A stretch of 64,000 nt of DNA, from the NCBI GenBank assembly GCA_000165425.1, contig CT868669.1:186001-250000 (forward strand), given 5' to 3'. The position numbers were made by a program, and so were the translations under genes. The notes below the pieces were generated by a model that saw only the letters and a list, made by a program, of their open reading frames with translations, did no database searches and was not told where the DNA came from. Shown piece after piece: positions 56,291 to 64,000 of the stretch; position 1 is the stretch's first letter, and every line of letters starts with the position of its first letter. This stretch comes from Paramecium tetraurelia. Lineage: Eukaryota.

Positions 56291-58546
56291 TCATTCCTCC
56301 TTAAAATCATCTTCTTCTCTGATGAGACCCTTCTATTAATTATCAGATGATATTAGTTTTTTATGACTCTTCGTAATTGGTCTAACATTTTAATCTATTA
56401 TTTTGCCAACCTTATATATCATTTCCATCTCTGCTCCTAACATGGATATTAACTAGGAATTCAGAGTTTCCTGATGGTTCTTATTCAGGAAGATCTCATC
56501 ATAAGCCTATATCATTTACTAATTATTTTACACTATAGATTTGCTAGTACACATAATTATCAAGTGGCTATGGCAGAAAACTTGCCCTTTTATTTGACCT
56601 AATAGATCTTGTGTTCTTTTCGTTTTTATTTTACCTTTTCAACTTCAGCATCATTTTAGCATAAATGAGAAATTCGATCTATCTTGATATTATAAAACTA
56701 ATATTACTTATCTTTCGATGACTTATGCTAAGATTCCACCATGTTTCTATCTATTTTCAGATCTTCATCTTCCAATGTAATTAACTTCTTTGGAGTGAAA
56801 TTAAACATCACCAATTGTTTTGGAGTCAACATTACCTCTTTTAATTTATCTATTTCATTCAACCGAGACAATATTGAATAAATATCTGATTAAGAAATTA
56901 TTTATTCGCTAATTTAGAGGTAAATGTCTTACTATGCTTTATTCATTAATCTAACTTTTGGAACCTCCTTAAATAGAAAATTACATGTAATATAATTCAA
57001 AAAGATTTAAACATCTAATGCAATCGGTTTCTTTTTCTCGAACATTTTTTATAACTAATTCGAAAAGTAATCTAAACCAGTTGTAAAGTTTAATCTTATG
57101 GAACAACTTTCCTTTTAAAAATTCTTCTATTCCTCCTTATATGATTCAATACAATTATCACATTGATCATTCTCTGTCATTATTCTTTGATTTGAAGTTT
57201 ATATCTTAGAGTCAAGTCCTCCCAATCTTTCATTTTTCTGTTATTCTGTTAGAATTTATAGATTGTCTGAATAAATCTTTTTTGTATATGAATCATCAAT
57301 ACTAAAGTCATAAATTCTATTGGACAACTCAACCATGTCTGTTATATTAATCAATTTATATACAATTAACTCTATTATAGATAGTCACTAGCAATCCAAT
57401 AAAAAAGGTCATAATTTAAAGAATTCCACCAATATTGGAAAGTAATTCATCTAATTTTTAATATTGCCGTAAAAATCTAGTTTTAAAGGGTTTCTTGCGT
57501 AATTGCAATTTGGCTAATGAATTTTCATCTATTTCTGTAGTATCTTATTGAATATCCGAAGAATCTAAAACAAAAAAAGTCCTTTCCTCAATCATACTAT
57601 TGAATAAAATCAAATATTTATGTACCTTATTGGTAGAAGACTTTCGTCATTTTGAAATTCATATTTGGTAAAGTAAATGTTGGCAAACTTAGTTGAGTTT
57701 AGATTAATAGTAAATGATAAAGAATCGTCCAAAAATGGCTAAATATAAGAATCTTTTGGCTTATAGGGGTTAATATTCTTAATGAAAATAAAATTGATAC
57801 TTAATTTACTGTATATAATCTAACCTTATAACTAGTATCAATGGGATTATCACAAATTGGATTCCACAAATTCTGTGAATTATTTTAGCACTAAATAATA
57901 GATAGTTCTATGAAATCAAAATAATTGCCTAATGTTTTATAGGATATTAATCTTACTTGAGTAGGTACCTCCAATCAAGATGTTAGTATTTATGCTATCA
58001 TATATTTATATAAGTACCTTGGACATAAGAAGTCTGACAGATGAAGTTATTAAAATTACTAAGTAAAATTGATATTGTATTCTGAAAATATTTACGTGTA
58101 ACGATCTAAAGTACATGGAACTAATTGAATGTCTATTGTTTCTTTCTTCACATCACCTTCTGTGTTTCTAAAGTAGAGTCTTAGATGGGCATTAAGCATT
58201 ACTTTTATTTCATAGTGATATTAAAGTATGGTCTTTAAATAAAATTAAGCTATTCGATTTTAATGGCGAAAAGAAACTGTGAATCTTGAAATGAAATAGT
58301 GTCAATGACATCTTCATATTCAGATATAGAGACAACTTTCAATTGCTCTTTTTGAATGAAAGAAATAAAATTTGTAATGAAAATGAGAATCATTACACTC
58401 ATAACTGCAATAGAAGCACATCCTCCAAAGATGGTTTTATAATTGGCTTGTCTATTGATTCTGAGGAATACAAGTTATCCAAAAATATCTAGTTTTGCAA
58501 TACCTAATATAGCAATAAATGTGTAACCAGCTGATACTGAATCCAT
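56291..58546 (-). CDS. Ciliate 2-TM large-ectodomain family protein, paralogue 5
   Basis: IAKLDIFGQ...TIFGG-TM1...YQKLDELLSNIGG-TM2...FNFTPKK. Confidence 0.8.
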
Positions 58547-58806
58547 AAGCTAAATAAATTTAGTTTAATATAATTATTATAGATATCAATTGAAGTGAAA
58601 TTGCAGATATTAGATATGGATTTCTGTGATTCACATCAAGAATACTGATGAACTGAAAAAAAGAGAATATAAAATATCTGAGAATAATAAATATATATAA
58701 ATCTTTTACAGAATGAGTTTACTAGTAATAAATTAGATAAGATAAGGTATTTGGATAATGATATGAAAAGAAGGTGAAAATTAATAAATGATCAATAATT
58801 AATAAA

Positions 58807-60226
58807 ATGATCAATAAAACCACTTAATTCAAATCTCTATTTCACAGTAGCTCAACTTCATTTTGGGATAAATGTAAAGTGGAGCACTTTAGTAATGTGA
58901 GCTTGGAAGGAATGTTTCAAGCAAAATTAGGTGAACAATTGAGTAAAGTAATTGTGAAGGTGAAACTCTCATACTTGATCATAATATAGGGAGATGTACG
59001 AATTATTTTATGAAACAGCAATAACATATTGCCAATATCGAAAATGCTATAATATACTTGATTAGAGATGGTTGTAATGATGTAGGAGTAAGAATACTAA
59101 AAGGATTGGCATAATTGGAACTTTATGGAGATGTAATTGGGCTTTTTAAAGTGTTGAAGAAATAATGCATTTAAATAGACTTTGTATTAAAATATAAAGT
59201 GAGAAAATTGATGGCCAATGGCACTTTTGCAAATGTAAGTGATATTATAATAAATGTTAGGTGTTTTTGTCAGAAAATGCTAAAACCAATGAATTGTTTG
59301 CTATCAAGTGTTTTGATAAGAATCAAATTTTCAAAAGCCAAAAACATTTATAATCTCTAGAAAAGGAACTTAAAATTCTTAGATTGATGAAACATAAATA
59401 AGTAATGACCTTAATTGAGACATTTGAGACTGTGAGTTATATCTTTGTAGTGCAGGAATACCTGAGGGGAGGAGACTTGCATGAGTATATTACAAAAGTG
59501 GGTCATTTGTCTGAAAGGAAAGTGCATTCTGTGATATCTCAATTAGTGAGTGGGCTAGGCTTCATTCATTCATAAGGAGTCATACATAGAGACATAAAAC
59601 CAGAGAACATCATATTGAGAAATCAAGATAATGTTGAAGATTTAGTCATTTCTGATTTTGGATTGGCAGACTTTTATAGTTTTGATGGCAATTACTTATA
59701 TAAATAATGTGGAACCCCTGGATATGCAGCTCCGGAGATTTTGGTGGGTTAGCCATATGATTATAAGGTCGATGTATTCAGTTTAGGAGTACTATTTTAT
59801 ACTCTTATAACTGGAAGAAGACCCTTTTAGGGTAAGAATACGGATTAAATTTTTCAAATGAATGAGAAGGGGGAAATCAACTTCCAGAATATCCGTATTA
59901 AAGCTGAAGGGCTGCATTTGCTTAAGAAAATGCTGGAATTTAGACCTGAACACCGATATTCGTTAGGAATGATTTAATCTCATGTCTGGTTGAGCAGAAT
60001 CAATTTTCAGAGCCATTTAAGTTTGCAATAAATAAATGTGCCTGAAACTACAAAGGCTGGAGGTAGTACTACTCCCAGGACACTTATGACTAAAACCTGT
60101 ATTGGAAAATAAGTTCTCATGACTGAGCAAAACTAGATCACAGAAAGAAAGCACTAGCGATAACATGGAGGTAGATACAATTATTCTATTGGAAATTTTA
60201 CAAATTTGTAAGGAATCATATCTTGA
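58807..60226 (+). CDS. CAMK-group Ser/Thr kinase with N-terminal PH-like region
   Basis: FAIKCFDK, IHRDIKPENIIL, DFGLA, CGTPGYAAPE, DVFSLG. Confidence 0.9.
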
Positions 60227-60311
60227 TTTACGAATTCATTTTTTACTTTGTGATATTTGATATTTTTAAACATTGCAAATCATACTTATGTATAATTATT
60301 ATTATTTATTA

Positions 60312-61736
60312 ATGTCAACAGGCTATGAACGAATTGATCAAGAAACACTTAGAAGAGATGATTAACTAAATGGATTATTATAGAGAATCAGAGAGGATGT
60401 GATGAAAGGCTATATTGTCGAGGTCAAAACTAGAGCCAATACCTAGAATCAAGTAAGGAAATTGGTCAAATTAGTTAGACAACAACTCTAAATAAAGTTC
60501 TAGATTATCGTCAATGAGTAATTCGATAGTTAAACAACCGATGATTTAATAAAATGATTAAGTTAAGGACTTAAATGAAATCGTTCTTGCTTCATAACGG
60601 GATCAATAATAAATTTCAAAGATTTCTAAAACATTCAGCGCCTCTCCTCCTAAAGTCAGAAGTGAGATAGTTAAACCTATTGTAATGAACTTTGAATTAT
60701 CTCCTGATTAAACCTATAATACTATTCCAATCAAGGAGGAACTTTAAACTCCCAAAACCATTTCTCAATAATTGGATGAAATAGAAAATTAAGCGAATTC
60801 TGGTGATCTTCAAACCTATATTAAAAGTTTAAAGTCAATAAATTCTTAGCTCTAAAAGGAGATAATTGAAAATGATCATGATTGCAATTATATGCTCACC
60901 TAAGCAGTATAGACTGTTAGAACTATGTGTTTATTGACAAAATTTTATAAATAATTAGGCGATTTCAAGAACGCTATTAAATAGTTAAAATCCATTCAGA
61001 AACAATTCAAGATTTTAGAACCAAACTTAGTAGGAAAAATTCTCATTGAATTAGGAAAACTACACTTTCTTAATCAAACCTATTAAACTGCTCAATCCAC
61101 ATTTTATGAAGCTCTCAAACATTATGAAAAATTGGAGTGGAAGTCTGATATAGCTCACATTTTGCTTTGGATGGCTAAATTGCATGCTTGGACAAGTAAT
61201 TCAGAATTTATATTTAGGGAATTTTGATCTCTCAAAAAAATTAATTTATGGTGCGATAGCCATGCTTAAGGAATTCCTTCCAGAAGATCACGAATCAATA
61301 GCTGAAGCCTATGTTGCTTTAGGAGAATGCAGTTATATTTAAAAACAAACAGATGAAGCTATTGAATTTCTGATGAAGGCAGTCAACATTAAACATAAAA
61401 TCTATAAGGATTATAAGAATCTCAAATTTGTTGAAGTTTTCAATCTTTTAGGACTGACATATGGATTAGTACCAGATGTGTAATAATCACTCAATTACTT
61501 TATATAAGCATTATAATGTTTTCAGTAAATATCCAAATCTAATTAGATATAACTGTGTTTAAAGAGCATAAATACTTAATAATATAGCAGTTGTCTATCA
61601 AGCATAAGGAGATGCAGATAAAGCTAGCAAATGCCATTTCAGGGCCAAAGAAATTTACTCCACTTTTTTACCAAATTAGCATAATTAGATGTAAAGATTA
61701 ATTTTAAATTAAACTTGTCTATCTCCCCCTATGTGA
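60312..61736 (+). CDS. Tetratricopeptide-repeat protein
   Basis: Repeated TPR helices (IAEAYVALGECSY...AIEFLMKA, FNLLGLTYG, LNNIAVVYQAQGD). Confidence 0.8.
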
Positions 61737-62203
61737 ATCAATTATTAAATATATATAATATAATATTTCTTCTTGCTTCTTTTCTAAATATTATTATTAT
61801 TAGAAACAAAGAAAGTACTATTAAATTATTTAAAGATTGAGGGTTGTAATAGGTTTAAACTTATAATTGTGTTGTGCATTATAAACTTGGTTTAATCTTC
61901 TTTTTGAAATGTATCAAAAGCCATAGAATATTTAGTATTAAATTTTCAATATCATCAGTAGAATTCAATCTAGAATGATAAAACATAATATTATGATTTG
62001 TTCATTTCTTTATATTTTCTGACTCTATTTCTTTATTACTAATTTTAAATATTCATTTCCAACTTGGATACTCCTTTTTTGATCTGTCAGTTTATATATT
62101 ATTATTTTATTTGTAAAATGTAAATGGTAGAAATGATATTCTAAAACTTTTAATTAAATAACTAATTTAAAAAGACTGATAATATGCATCTATAGATAAA
62201 TAA

Positions 62204-62842
62204 TCATTAAACGCTATCTGATCTTTATGAGAATAACTTGTCTACTAATTTATCTTAAGCCTTTTGTTTTAAGAATTATTTCGAATTTGTTTTGCTCATA
62301 ATTTTATTATTAATTAGTCCATATGGATCATTTACTTTTATACTACGTTTTCTTTCGCCTTATGCAGATACTACACTACATCTTGAGTTAGTCCTGCTGT
62401 CTCTTGTCATATTCACATTCATAGATTTTTCCTTTAAAGGGATTATTAGTTTGTATTTCATAGAATTTGCACTCTATGCGTGCTTCAATTTGTTAGAATT
62501 GTTGAATTAGCTAATAATATTGATTATTTTGGAATAGTCCTAATTATTGGCCTATGTCAATTATTTCAAGCTTTTATTGGGTTACTTAATGGACTGACTC
62601 ATTTGACTACTGTCTTGAGTTGTAGTTGTTGTATGTGTGTTGCGCCTTTGGGTGATATTGGAGGTTATTTTAATTGGTTGCTTGAGAAACCCCTTAAAGT
62701 CATCAAAGTAATAAGATGGCATCGAGATTTCTCTTTTTTTTATTTTTTAAGGCATTCTCAAAGTTCCATTGTTCCCAATATCTGGATTAAAGAACTAAGC
62801 TGTTTGTTAAAATTGTGCAAAGCTCTAATCAATACAAGACAT
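62204..62842 (-). CDS. Hypothetical low-complexity protein
   Basis: Code-6 ORF MSCIDQSFAQFQQ...SQRSDSVQ*. Confidence 0.55.
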
Positions 62843-62881
62843 TCAAAAAAATGTGATTGTTAAAAATATAAATTACACATC

Positions 62882-63567
62882 TCAATTATACTATTAAGGC
62901 ATTTTATATTCGAAATCACCCAGTTTCTCCCTCCTTATATACCCAACGTATGGCATAACCTCTATCCAGACTTCAAAATTCACTGTTGCATTGCGCAATT
63001 ATTTATGAATATCTTTGAGTGGATATTCGGCTCTTTGATTTTTCAAAAGGAGCTAAGATGCGATTTTACATTACCTTAGATGAAGTACTCCAACTGCTGG
63101 GGTCATCTGGTCTAGAAATGATTTTATCATAAATCACACAATCTGATTCGTACTACAAAGTTGATATAAACTCTTTACTCCTTTCACCTAATGCTCATGA
63201 TGCACATTCACATATAAAAATAATTGCTTCAAATTCCAATTATACACTGGCTCGAAATCTAATGATATTACGTGTATGAAAAACCTGCTTCCAAGGAAAA
63301 TTTAAAGGTCACCTAATCCCAATCGGTTGCTCCACCATTGTAATAAGTTGCCTTGTAATGATGGCTAAACAATATAATCAGTTGATCTGCAATACAATTT
63401 ATCTGCACTCAAAATCTTGAGATCTACTGTTGGCTTTCCAGTCTTAAAGAAATATGCTGTTCCCTAATTGAGCAAAGACAACACGACTTCTCTAGTATGA
63501 CTAATATACCTAAGGTCCACGACGTGAAGAACACGATTTAATTAAAACGAGCTGTAATTGAATACAT
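62882..63567 (-). CDS. SPCS3: Signal peptidase complex subunit 3 (SPC22/23)
   Basis: MYSITARFNQIVFF + TM; DFEPVYNWNLKQLFLYV; VIYDKII; EVMPYVG. Confidence 0.88.
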
Positions 63568-63581
63568 TATTTAATTATTTA

Positions 63582-64000
63582 TCAATATTAAGTATTACCC
63601 AACTCTCTTAGTTTTCTAAAATTCTCTAAAGCACGCGATTCCTATTTCTTTTCCTTCTTTAATGTTACTTTAAATGCCAAATCCTTCCTTATCTCTACTT
63701 TAAATGCTAAAGCTGTGATCTTCATTTATTTCAAAGCTTCTCTCAAAACACCATTTACTTTTAAGATTAGCAACTTTAATTACAGCTTTTTAGCCATCTT
63801 TCCATACCTTACCTTTGGATTCAGATGTCTAAATACGGCTCGTTTTAAATATGTCTATCTTTACAATTTTGCCATATTCTTTTATACATACACAACACTC
63901 TTAATGTGCTTGATAGATAACAATTACTAATGGTTTCTCTACAATTGCAGAATGTTTACCATATTAGATATTTTCGATTTTTTCTTTATCTATTACAAAG
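63582..64000 (-). CDS. 3' end of a basic hypothetical protein (partial)
   Basis: Open code-6 frame ...LKRAVFRHLNPKVRYGKMAKK...LRELGNTQY*. Confidence 0.5.

Overview
AT-rich, very gene-dense eukaryotic DNA from a ciliate macronuclear chromosome, almost certainly Paramecium. TAA/TAG occur throughout conserved reading frames as Gln (genetic code 6), TGA is the only stop, introns are GT-AG and about 21-29 nt, and an ICL1-type centrin is present. The supplied ORF track stops at TAA/TAG, so it fragments real genes and reports many antisense artefacts; genes were re-read by hand and coordinates run ATG to TGA including introns. About 40 protein genes and one tRNA-Gln(TTG) are supported. They include RPS12, RPS27, syntaxin-5, dUTPase, a RhoGAP, two tandem KCNH/CNG-type K+ channels, a RING-SPRY protein, PP2A-B55, a MAP2K, three hybrid histidine kinases, a GST, centrin, an amino-acid permease, AMPK-like and PH-CAMK kinases, a beta-hydroxyacid dehydrogenase, a class I HDAC, a TPR protein, SPCS3 and five paralogues of an uncharacterised 2-TM family. 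Main leads: (1) an output-less TM-dCache-TM receptor with an amino-acid-binding-like motif beside an amino-acid permease; (2) the five-member family with DEG/ENaC-like topology; (3) K+ channels with a nearly uncharged S4, a degenerate cNMP pocket and a CCHC zinc knuckle; (4) an intact but apparently catalytically dead adenylate-kinase-like gene; (5) a dUTPase with a ~92-aa C-terminal extension. All homology calls come from motif recognition by eye, not database searches.
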